Source: Camelus dromedarius (taxonomy: Eukaryota). From it: 64,000 nt of DNA. The stretch is taken from positions 47,494,001 to 47,558,000 of the forward strand of contig NC_087437.1 in the NCBI RefSeq assembly GCF_036321535.1, in the 5' to 3' direction. Below, one piece after another: positions 51,747 through 64,000 of this stretch (the stretch's first letter is position 1; each line of letters begins with the position of its first letter). Both the position numbers and the translations under genes were made by a program. The notes under the pieces were generated by a model that had not been told where the DNA came from, ran no database searches, and was given only the letters and a program-made list of their open reading frames with translations.

Positions 51747-54700
51747 ATTTGCCTCTTCTACACTTCTGTTCATGTGAGCTCTGAGGTAATGGTTTGAACA
51801 GAATGAGGCCTAGCATAAGAAGACAAATAAGAAAGTTAGCTTCCTCTCTCTTCTGTGTAGTACTACCATAATGTCAACCAGTGACTGCCTTCCAGGATCT
51901 TCAAATATTTTTATAGTTATGATCACACTTATTCCCTTAATGAGAAGGGCGCATCTTGAGTATTTAATAGTTGTTAATTGCTCATAAATATACTATAGTA
52001 GAATAAGGATTAGCATCAGTGATCTTCTGTTTTACTAGACTTCTCTTTTGCTAGTTCTTAGGAGACATATGTGACTCTGAGGGTTGTTATTTATTGTATA
52101 AAATAGTTGCCCCCGTGATTCCATAACATAGATCTGTTAGTGCCAAATCAACAAAGAAAACTATAAACACAGCTGCTGTTTTGGTGTGGTTTGTGGTTTG
52201 GTTTTGCTTTTAGTTGAACTTTTTTACGTAGGCAGATCATCATTTAAAAGTAGTCATTTGGCATTTTCCCTTGCATTCTTCAAATTTTTTGTAAGTTTTT
52301 AAAAAGCTTAGCTTAAGTCACTTCTATAATTACACACTTAGGTTGATTCATCTGGTCTTTTTGCTGGCCAATGAATTTTCTTTTTAAGTATAGGAAATAG
52401 GATAATTTAAATCTTATAACTATTAAAATAGGATATTTAAAGTCCTATAACTTCAGTATGTCTCTTTTATAAATTCAAAGAAAATATTTTCAAGTATTAA
52501 AAAATAATTTTATATTCCTTGTTGTCTTTTAATTGATTTCTGTATTTCCAGAGGTAGGAGGAGGGCTTGGAATTTCTGCTATTTCTGCTCCACCTCCTTC
52601 ATATAACTCTGGAGCATACTATAAACACTTGTTTGCAACTGAGAATTGGTACAGCAGAAGTGTCTGATCAAAAGTAGGTCCTGTTGCTCTAAGTCACACT
52701 GGTTGTAAAGTAAAAGATGGGTTGTAGGGGGCAGATATAGACATAGGGAGACCATTTAGGCCTTTGCAGTAGTCCAGACAAGATATAGGAGTGGCCTGAC
52801 CAAAGGTACCAAGAGTGATAATGAAGGAATGTAGACATATTCAGGATACAGAATTAACAAAATTTGTGGATGAATTAGATGTTGGTGAGTATGACGTGAG
52901 TCAGAGGGGGCAGGGTTCTGGATTAGAGGTATCGGGCTCCTCACGTTTTTCTCATTGTGTTTGCTCAACTGCTGCTTATCCTTAAAGAATTTAGTTTATT
53001 TGTTACCTCCTGTGGAAAACCTTCCCACTCCAACTTCCATTAAGTTAGGTAACCACACTATGTGTTTTTATAGCACCTGGTACTTTTTATGAAAGCATTT
53101 TTTTCTGTTTTGTACCTATGAATTTTACTTCACACTCTCATACAGATAACCTTCACAGTCTTGACTTTGCCTTGTGAAGGCAAGGGCCATGCCTGACCTA
53201 CTCATCATATTCCCACCACCTATCATGGTCCTGGGGACAGCACCAATACATTTTTGGGGAATAAGCAAAGTGTCATTTATAGCTATTGTCCACAGCGCCT
53301 GATAGAGTAACTGAATGCAATAAGTTATCTGGGCTTTTTTGATTCATTCCTCTGGCTTAACTTTCATTTCTTTTGTATTTTCTTAATCTCTCTCACTTTA
53401 TTTTTTCTTATACCTTTACAGTTTAGCTTACTGAATAAAAGAAAATATAAACAGCAAGAAGTAAATTTGTGCTTTGCAGGTTTTGACAGTGTCTTCCAAA
53501 GGAACCCTGAAGATTATTTTAACATCTAAAAAGAGAGGGCTTCAGATTGTAATATTATACTTAATATTGTATATTCAGATTATAATAAAATACTTAATAT
53601 TTTAAAAAGTATTATAAGTACTTAACATTGTTGGAACATTGTACTGAGCCAATGGATATGTGGATCAGTTCATTTCAGTTAGAAATAATAGGACTGAGTT
53701 ATTTGATAAAGAGGGAGTGGATCATTGCAAATTCATCATGTCTCAAGGAAAATACATTGATGACACTTTATATTATAGTAAATATGTACCTCAATTATAC
53801 TTTAAAACAGAATGGTCTAAGATATCACTTAGACAGTAATCAGTACAAAAAAGAAAATTACAAAGATTGATTTAAGAAAGAAAAAAAGGCAAAGCTATGT
53901 AATTTTTGATTACCACAGGATAGAGGTAGGGGATATAAAAGGAATAGAATTTGATTTTCTAGCCTTTTCTTTACTCATCTTTAAAAATAAAAGCAATGGA
54001 CCCATGATCTAAAAGATCCTTTCCAGTCAAATTCTGTTGTTCCATAAAATAGAAAAGAATGATAAAGGTGGTATGTGATGGGAATTCTGGTTTCACTTGC
54101 ATCTTACTACTTACTCTTTCCATAGCTTCAGCTCTGTCTTGATAAGACCTGACTTTAAAAATACATTCATATAAAAGTTTTTATTTGAATGAATTTATTA
54201 AATATAATTAAACACAAGTTACTTTTTCTAACTTCTGCTTTGGATCAATTATTTCAGCCTAATTTGGAACAACAATCTACATCAAAATATTTAAGATGAA
54301 TTATGATTACTTACTTACCCAAATCAATTCAAATTACAGAAAGTGAATTTTTGCACTTTTGTAGAGCCATAAATGTATTCTTTGATGTTTCTCTTTTAAT
54401 GTTTTCATTTTTTAAAAAAATCTTTATTGTTTTAATCTTACTTTAGTCTTCCAAGAAATCTTAGTTAATAACTTCAATACCTGATGGACAGATGAATAAA
54501 CAGAGGTCTAGTGAAGTTACAGAACTCATCCACAATTACTAATTTACATTGTGACAAAACCAGAAAAAGATTCATTCCTGCTGATTTTCCAAAGTGACCC
54601 TTTCTGCTAGAACCACTTCATTTGTAAATACTCACTAGCCTAAAATTTACAAACAAGGTCAGACTGAATGACCTATACCCATTTTCGGACTCTACAAACT

Positions 54701-54791
54701 TCTGTGGGGAAAAATATGCATATGAGAAAGTAGAGTTTTCTTTTTAAAAAGGGGGAAAAAAAACTTAACATGTTTTCTTTCTTTGGTTTAG

Positions 54792-55257
<466 letters not shown>

Positions 55258-55752
55258 TAAATGCAAATAACTATGAAACTTAATTATTTCCTCATTAGTA
55301 AAATATTTTTTCTGAACTGGTTAATTACCTTGGTAATCTTAAGTAGATTTCAAAAAAATCATTACAAATCTGAAGTATTTTTTGACTGTTAGGCTGAGGA
55401 ACTATTTTTAACACCTTGCTACTATTCTATCAAGTTTTCTTTAGAAAGTGTCATTTGTAGGGATGACTTAGATTTGTTATATCCCAGTTTTGTCTTATTA
55501 GTCTTTTAAAAAATAATTGATATGGATAATATTTGCTACCTTTGCTCCAAATTGCCAAATATATCATATTTTATATGTTAAAAATATTTGAGTCCTTGTC
55601 AGCTCTTACTGTATGTATTCACGAAAAACTTTATTAACACAGGAAAACTTCTTTTTTGTGATCTTCCAAATCTGCCAAGTTCCCTATTTATAATAAACAT
55701 GGTCTTACTGTGTGTTTAATAGAATGTTATATTCTGTATACAACTTTTTTAA

Positions 55753-55986
<234 letters not shown>

Positions 55987-57308
55987 TAATTGGTGACTAT
56001 AGTGAAAACTTCTGTCTGTTTTTATAGTCTTTTTATCCCAGCCAGATGATAAGCTTCTTGAAGAAAGGAGTGGCTCATACTGACAAGATATAGTTGAGTG
56101 CCAAGTACACAACTTGTGTGCAATAAATATTTATTGATTGAATGAATTGTGTGCATATACTGCTGATCCCTTAGTGAATTGTTTATCTCAGAATAAAACT
56201 AAAAAACATTGAGTTTGAAATTCACTGTTACAGAATTACAGCTGATTATCTTTTTACAAATAAAAACAAGTATAGATAGAAAACATTTTATAAAATTTTG
56301 GGACACATTCTTATTGTATACAAAGAAAAAATAAATTTCTTAACGTTAAATGCAGTAATTAACTCTGATCATGATGAGTGATAATATATAAGGTGACTTT
56401 TGACACTTAATATACGAATTTCTAGAATTAAGTGAACATGGGAATATATAAATATATTATTTTGGAAATGAAAATATCATTGTATCAAATAAATATTTGT
56501 ATTTTTCAAGGTAACAAAGTGAAAGTTTTCATTGAAAGTTATAGAATAGGTTAACTCACACACTTTTAAACATATTGTCAGTAGAATAAATTAAAACATC
56601 TTATTGCTATTTCAGCCATATTCAAAGTGTTTAATGCTTATATAACATAAGCTTTTCATTTAAAATTTCTTTTTACTCTAGCATACTTTTTTAAATGGAA
56701 TGCTCTTTTCATTTTTTTCCCCAATACCCTTTATGAAAAATTTCCACTATATAGAAAAGTTCAAAGAATTTTACAGTGAACACCTCAACTACTCTAACAG
56801 TTTTATCTTTTCATTTTTATCATTTTGTTTGGTCCCCTGACTTACTGCTTAACTAATTTTGAAAGGAAAAAATTAGAAAATACGTCTTCTTCTCCCACCT
56901 CCCCCATCTTTTCTCATTCTGATTCAGCATTTTTCTTTAAGTCTCCATGATTCTATCTCATAGTTACCAAAAACTTCTACTTAAGGTACTGTTGCAGCTT
57001 TGATACCATCATGAGTTCCTCTTCATAGGGCTTGTATTCTATGAAGTATGTCATGCAGTTTAGAATAGAAATTAGCTTGGTCTCAGGTACTTGTGACCTA
57101 CCCTAGTCACAGTTTTGCATGCTTGCCATAAAACGTGAGGTTTGGGCATGGTCTGGCAGCCCTGTCAGATTTGAAGATTTGCTTTCTACCTGATATTTAC
57201 CTGTATTTATTTAAGTTTGATTATAAGTCATTTGTGATTATGGTTAGAGTAATGGTAGTACATACTTTTTTGAAATTTATCTCTTAAAAAATGAAATATA
57301 TGTGGTGA

Positions 57309-57611
<303 letters not shown>

Positions 57612-58650
57612 TAATTTTAAATTTAAAAGGCATTCACACTAGGAACTGGTATCTGTATTTTTAGGACATATTTTTTGAAAATTAAATAATTAATATTAGT
57701 AAATAGCATTAATAAGTTTATTTTTATACTGTATTTAATTTGAGAGATTGATGATGGATTTGAGAGGACAGGCACTATCCTTCTAGATTTTATGTAATTA
57801 ATATCTGGGGACTTGAGTGTACATATGTGGATAAGCTGATTAATGTTTTGCAGTTGTAACAATAGTTATATTGTTATTCAGATACAAACATTTGATTATT
57901 TGATTTAAAAAAAAACTATAAAAAGCGACTGGATTTGTACCAAGCATATGCCACATAGTGATTTATAATACCCAGCAAGACATGGTTCTGGCCTTTAGGT
58001 TGCTTATAGCCTAGGGAGGCTTGTGGGTAAGGAAATAGGTTTTTATAATATGAATACAGTAGTATTTATATTAAAATCTTTATCCTAACTACCATTTCAA
58101 AGTTCAAACTAATGCATTGTAATATTTAAATATATATATTGCATAATTTTATTAGTCTCATCTCTTTGTGGTTTTTAGTTTGGGATTTTTTTTTTAACAA
58201 AACAAATGTTTCTCAGGAAATATTGGGACAGAAGAATGAGTGGGGAGCAACCCTTGGATTTAACATCAATATAACTTAATAAATTGAATGGCAGAGGCTT
58301 TCTGCATGATGTTGCTTCTCCTTTAACAAGTATAGTGTTTTCATAATGGGTATCCTCTGATCCTTGTTTTTGATTCCTTTTTTCTTTTCTTTTTCTGTTT
58401 TTCTTTTCCTTCTAGTTAAAGATAAAACTGCAGTCTCAAAAACTGACTTTTTTTTTGTTTTTATACAATTTATATTTCAAGAGGTGGCTTGGTTGATCTG
58501 TGGTATAACCTAACTCCCAAATGTTAGTATTTTAAATATTATAAATATAGCAACTACTAAGAAATATGATCTATAATGTTTGATTTTTTATAACCTTTGC
58601 AGCTTAGTATGTAAATTCTCTTATAATATTCTCTCACATTTTGATTTTAA

Positions 58651-58983
<333 letters not shown>

Positions 58984-59643
58984 TGAATTATGTTATATAA
59001 ATCTCTTTATTGAACTATATAATAATCTGTTAACCTGCAGTATGTTTTCATATGGCTGGAAAACCATTTGTCAACCTCAGCTTACAGTCCTTTTCTGTAG
59101 TTCTAATATCCCTAATTCTAATAGTCTAATAATTCTGATACCCATAATTCTAAGCTCTTTAAACCAAACTTTGACAGAATTCATTTGGCAGGAAAACATG
59201 ACCTAACCTGCAGCAACATTTTTTACAGTCTTTATTATTCCTACTTAGTGTAAATATCCATATGTTTTGTTGTAGAAATACTAATTTCTTTTTGGAGTGC
59301 TGCTTCAGCTGCTAAGAGTACTAAGTAATATTTAGTATATATGCTAGTTTATCTCTGAATTACATACCTGGCTTAAAGGGATTGTGGGCCTATATTAATT
59401 TTTAATAGTCTAATGTCCCCCTGAAGGCAGCAACAAACTTTGGTGAAGAATCTGCATCAGTATTAGTTTACTATTTTTGTAAAGGAAGGAGAATAGAAAA
59501 GCTACATCTGAACAGAGACTTTGACTTGATTCTGTCATTCATTATCAGTTAAATTGTATGATAATGTTTAATATTGGTCCTGTCTAGTATTTATGTGTGC
59601 ATGTGTATATGTATGTATATACACATAACTTTTTTTTTCTTAG

Positions 59644-59729
59644 ATCTATGTTCGAACAGGTATCTACCATGGAGGGGAACCCTTATGTGATAATGTGAAC
59701 ACTCAAAGAGTACCTTGTTCCAATCCCAG
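59644..59729 (+). CDS. PIK3CA: PIK3CA coding exon 5 (C2 domain); not in the ORF track
   Basis: TAG acceptor; IYVRTGIYHGGEPLCDNVNTQRVPCSNP(R); 86 nt; donor GTAAGG. Confidence 0.98.
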
Positions 59730-60353
59730 GTAAGGAAGTATATGTATTTATATTTCCCAAAGTCATATTAGTGTTTAGCAATGTACTCAGTAAAAGTATT
59801 ATATTTTACATCGTTAATTTTATACAAGTCATGTAAAATTACTCAACATTTGCGTACAGAACATGAGGACATTCTGTCAAAGGGGTATCAATCACAGGAT
59901 CGCTTTATTGATTCTCTAAAATTTTATCAGAAGGGCTTTTCTGATTCTCTCTTCCCATTGTGTCAAGGAGAGAACCTAGAGTATAGTTATAGTTTTGTGC
60001 TGATGATTTCTTACATCAGATCTATAAACCTAGCCTTTTATTCTTTTCTTATCTCCATTTCCATTTCCATTAAGAAGTGAGAGGTGGCAAACAACTTTAG
60101 AGCTGGACTACCCTAAGGCAGTCTCCTTTACATTACTCCCAAAAATATATGTTTATGGCATTCAAATTAAGGGTCTTTGAAAACAAATCAGTTTCTTAAT
60201 GAGAGAGAGAGTTATTGGGAACATTTTAAATGATTATTGCCAAGATAAATAAGTAAAAGACCTATAATTCAGCAGACTAGCATCCTGTCATTTCCTTGCC
60301 TCTGTTTTTAGAATCATTTGGGAATAAAAGTCTATTCCTTAGTGTAATACTAA

Positions 60354-60497
60354 TTTTTTTATTGAAATATAGTTGATTTACAATGTTGTATTAGTTTCTG
60401 GTGTGCAGCATAGTGATTTAGGTATACACATATATACATACATACTCTTTTTCATTACAGGTTACTACAAGCCATTGAATATAGTTCCCTGTGCTAG
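60354..60497 (-). mobile_element. Short L1 3' tip in a PIK3CA intron
   Basis: TTTTTTTATTGAAATATAGTTGATTTACAATG...AATATAGTTCCCTGTGCTA, homologous to 18121-18247. Confidence 0.8.
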
Positions 60498-62597
60498 CAA
60501 TATTTTAAGAGAACTCAAGTTGGTATTAAAGATGGCCTTTGTAGACTAGCAATAGAGCTAACTAGTGGATCTTCTACAAGTAGATTTCATAATGAATTCA
60601 GACTGAGTTCTAGAAAAGCCAAGAAAAAGTTCTGGTCTTGTAATTAAATTGCTAGAGGTGGCCACCCTTATAGAACCTAAGTGAAGTTCAAAGAGATAGT
60701 AGCCTTTTCTACCAGGAGGAAGGAAAATAGTTCTTCACCCTACCTGAACTAATGTAGGTCAGAAAGTACATCATTCAAATTAGAAGTTATGCTGTGGCAA
60801 CTTATAGCACCAGAATATTTTAAAAATTTTTGTTAGAACAACAAAAGTTTATTTTCCACTCATATGGCATATCTGTCACAGGTTGGTGGGTGGTTGTGCA
60901 GGGAGCAGAAAAGCAATATTTGGGGAAATGATGGCCAAAAGTTTTCCAAATTTGGTGAAAACTATAAAACCAACCATCTAAGGAGTCTGACAAGCCCACA
61001 GCAAAGACTCCAAGACAATGTTGGATAGATTTATCCTAGTTGTTTCAAGTACCAAAAGTAAACAGGCTTTAGAAAAGTGAAAGGTAAATTTGTATAATAA
61101 TACAAGATTAAAATGTCAAAATTTTAATAAAAGTGCTATTTAGAAAGGACTTTCCTTTAAGAATTCTCTGTAAGGTAAAATCCCTATGGTAGCTGTATAA
61201 AGATTTCAGTAAAATTTTTAACTTTTCTGTATTTGCCAAAAAAGGAGATAAAAGTATATGAAGTTATTAGGAAGATAGAATCTTAAAAATCCTTACTGAA
61301 ATTAAGTGATTATTCTAAATCTGTGCTTTCTATATGCTAAATAAATTGGTACTTTATGATTTCTTCATAAATGTTTCCAGTTATCTCCCAAAATCAGAAT
61401 CAGTTTGGAATATATGTTTAAAACCATTGCCTACAAATAAAGAACTTAATTGTGGGTGTATGTGGGGACTTTAGAAGAAGAAAGGAAAATGTTTTATTTA
61501 GTTAGCATAGTACAGAACAACTACATTAATAGGACATAGCTCTCTTAGATATGTAGAAATTTTCTCATTAATTTAAGCAATTCTAAAGATTTAGAGGTAG
61601 TAAAAAGTACCAGGTACATTTGAGATACATGTATCTAATTTTTCTTAATTAACTGTGGACTTATCAAATCTCATTGTATTTCTTTTCACTGCATTTGTTG
61701 TTTCCTTTCCCTTTAGAGTTCCTTCTTGCTAAGTTCCCCCATTTTAAATGTAAGTCTTCTCTATATAAATGGACCATATATTTCTTTTTATCTTTGCCCA
61801 TACTCAAGCAAAGGTGCTAGAATAAATAGAACTTATTTTACTGATAAAGTTTTATACCTTAGTTTGGCTAACTAAAAATAGAATTTGTATATCATTTTGT
61901 TAATTAAGTCTTCTGTATTAAAAAAAAAGAAGAGTTATAAAAAAGCCATTTTGAAAAGTTTTCATAGTATCTACCTCTTGAGCTTGTAGCATAGACCAAT
62001 TACTGTTCTAATTGCTTTACTTATATTAGTTAATCTTCACAACAACTTTTTAAGGGTACTGTTATTAGTTCCATTTCACAGATAAGAAAACAAAGCAAGG
62101 TTCACACATTTAGTCAAATAGTAGAGACAAGATTTTTACTCCAGTTAGTCTAACTTCTGAGTCTGTAGTCTTAGCTATTACTGTAATGTTTTTTAATTTA
62201 AAAAAACCCTATTTATTGTACTTGGATCTTTACAAGTATGTGTACCAGATATAGACATAATTTCACACATAGCATCCAGTAAATTGAAGGGAATTTATCA
62301 TAAAAATTTGAATAATTTTATCATCGCTTTTTGTTATAACTTTCCATTTTGTCCTTATTATGAATGTCAAGTTTTATTACCTCTTGTAAAGTAGTTATTT
62401 TAAAGTTTAAATACTTTCTTCTTATGTGTCCTTCATTTTATTTACATACTGACTTATTTAAATTAATGGGCTTTTCTGAATGAAATTACATTATATATAA
62501 AAGTAATTAAATATAATTTTAATCATAATGTGAAATCTAACTTTATCTTATTTAGCTTCCCTTTTCTATCTGCCTTTTTCTATAAGCTAATTTGTTT

Positions 62598-63435
62598 TTA
62601 ATTTTATTTTTGCTGAAATACAGCACAAATGCATAAAATTATATAAATCATAATTGCACAGTTTAGTGAATTATCACAAAGTGAACACCTATATAACCAC
62701 TACTGTGGTCAAGAATTAGAACATTTATCAGCATTCCAAAAGTGTCTCTCCCAATCCATTAATCTTCTCTCCTTCCCAAAGGTAACTGCTATCTTGACTT
62801 CTAACGCTATTGGTTAGTTTTGGTTGTTTCTGAATTTTATATAAATGGACTCAAGGAGTAGCTATTCTTTTGTGTCTAGCTTCTTATATTCAATATTATG
62901 TTTGTAAGATTTCATTATTGGTCATTTCTATTGCCATATAGTATGCTGTTGTATGAACATACTACCACTTACCTATCTTACTGTTGGACATTTGAATTTT
63001 TTGAACTTTGAGGATACTGTAAGTAATTCTATTAACATTGTATGCAGAAATGCTTGCATTTCTGTGGTTTAAACCTAGAGTTTGAGCTGAATCATCGGTC
63101 AGTTTTCGTAGGTTGTGCCTTCCAAATTGATTGTACAAATTACACCTCCACTAGCAGTATATGAGATTTCCTGTTACTGTACCTCCTTACCACCCCTTAG
63201 TATCATCAGTCTTTATAGTTTTAGCCATTCTCTTTTAGAGTGATATCTCCATGAGATTTTATTTTCCATTTTTTGGATGACAAATAATGTTGACTATTTT
63301 TCATGTTTATTGGCCATTTGGATATGATCTTGTGAAGTATGTTTTAGTCAGTCTGTGTCCTGTTTTTCCATTTGATTTATCTTTTTCTTGAAATTTGTAG
63401 GAGTTGTTTATATACTCCAGATAAAATCTTTTTTT
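62598..63435 (-). mobile_element. Old L1 3' region
   Basis: AGTGAACACCTATATAACCAC, TTTTATATAAATGGA and TCATGTTTATTGGCCATTTGGATAT are antisense L1 motifs. Confidence 0.75.
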
Positions 63436-63440
63436 AATAA

Positions 63441-63611
<171 letters not shown>

Positions 63612-64000
63612 TAAAAACTCCATTATACTACTGATTGAATTTTTTCAAGAAGTAGATATTTTTCTTCATTTAAAAAAAATCAATAAGTCAGACATTTTTA
63701 AATAATACATGTGCTTATAGACAGATACCTTGGGAAAGCTTCCAGAATTTATTTTATAATGAGTATGTCCTGAGTTCATGATACACTTTTTAAACATGCA
63801 GAGTGACTATACATAAATATCTTTTAAGTGACTACATGCAAATATCTGTCTTGCTTGGTTTGGTTCCTATCTCCTATTTATAATTAAAGAAAATACATGC
63901 AGTTTCAAATGGGAAAAAGGAAAGAAAGCACATATACTTTGAAAAAGTTAATGTGACTTGTTATAGATACCATTATAAAGACAGTTGTTGAATTCTTCTT

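Noticed and set aside
53541..53601. Two imperfect 28-nt direct repeats with a 33-nt period
   Set aside because: Only two copies of an AT-rich local tandem duplication; not an array

Overview
Mammalian genomic DNA holding the 5' half of PIK3CA (PI3-kinase p110-alpha) on the + strand. It includes the CpG-island promoter, non-coding exon 1 (~8771-9013), a 45.8 kb first intron and six coding exons (codons 1-417). All introns are GT-AG with consistent phases, and the gene continues past the window. The rest is transposon-derived or unique intronic/intergenic DNA: L1, L2, MIR, Tigger1, MER5/MER58, a MER21-like LTR, a U6 pseudogene and five tRNA-derived SINEs that look like the camelid Vic-1 type, so a camelid genome is inferred. 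Repeat names and human comparisons come from recalled consensus sequences, not from a search. I see no evidence for a wholly new multi-gene system. The most interesting signals are two independent TSD-flanked, tail-less retrocopies of 5' tRNA halves (Met-CAT and Gly-GCC); an L1 that hosts three nested insertions, one with a 3' transduction; and a spliced 26-codon uORF plus an ATG-TAA start-stop element, both in the same frame as the PIK3CA ORF.
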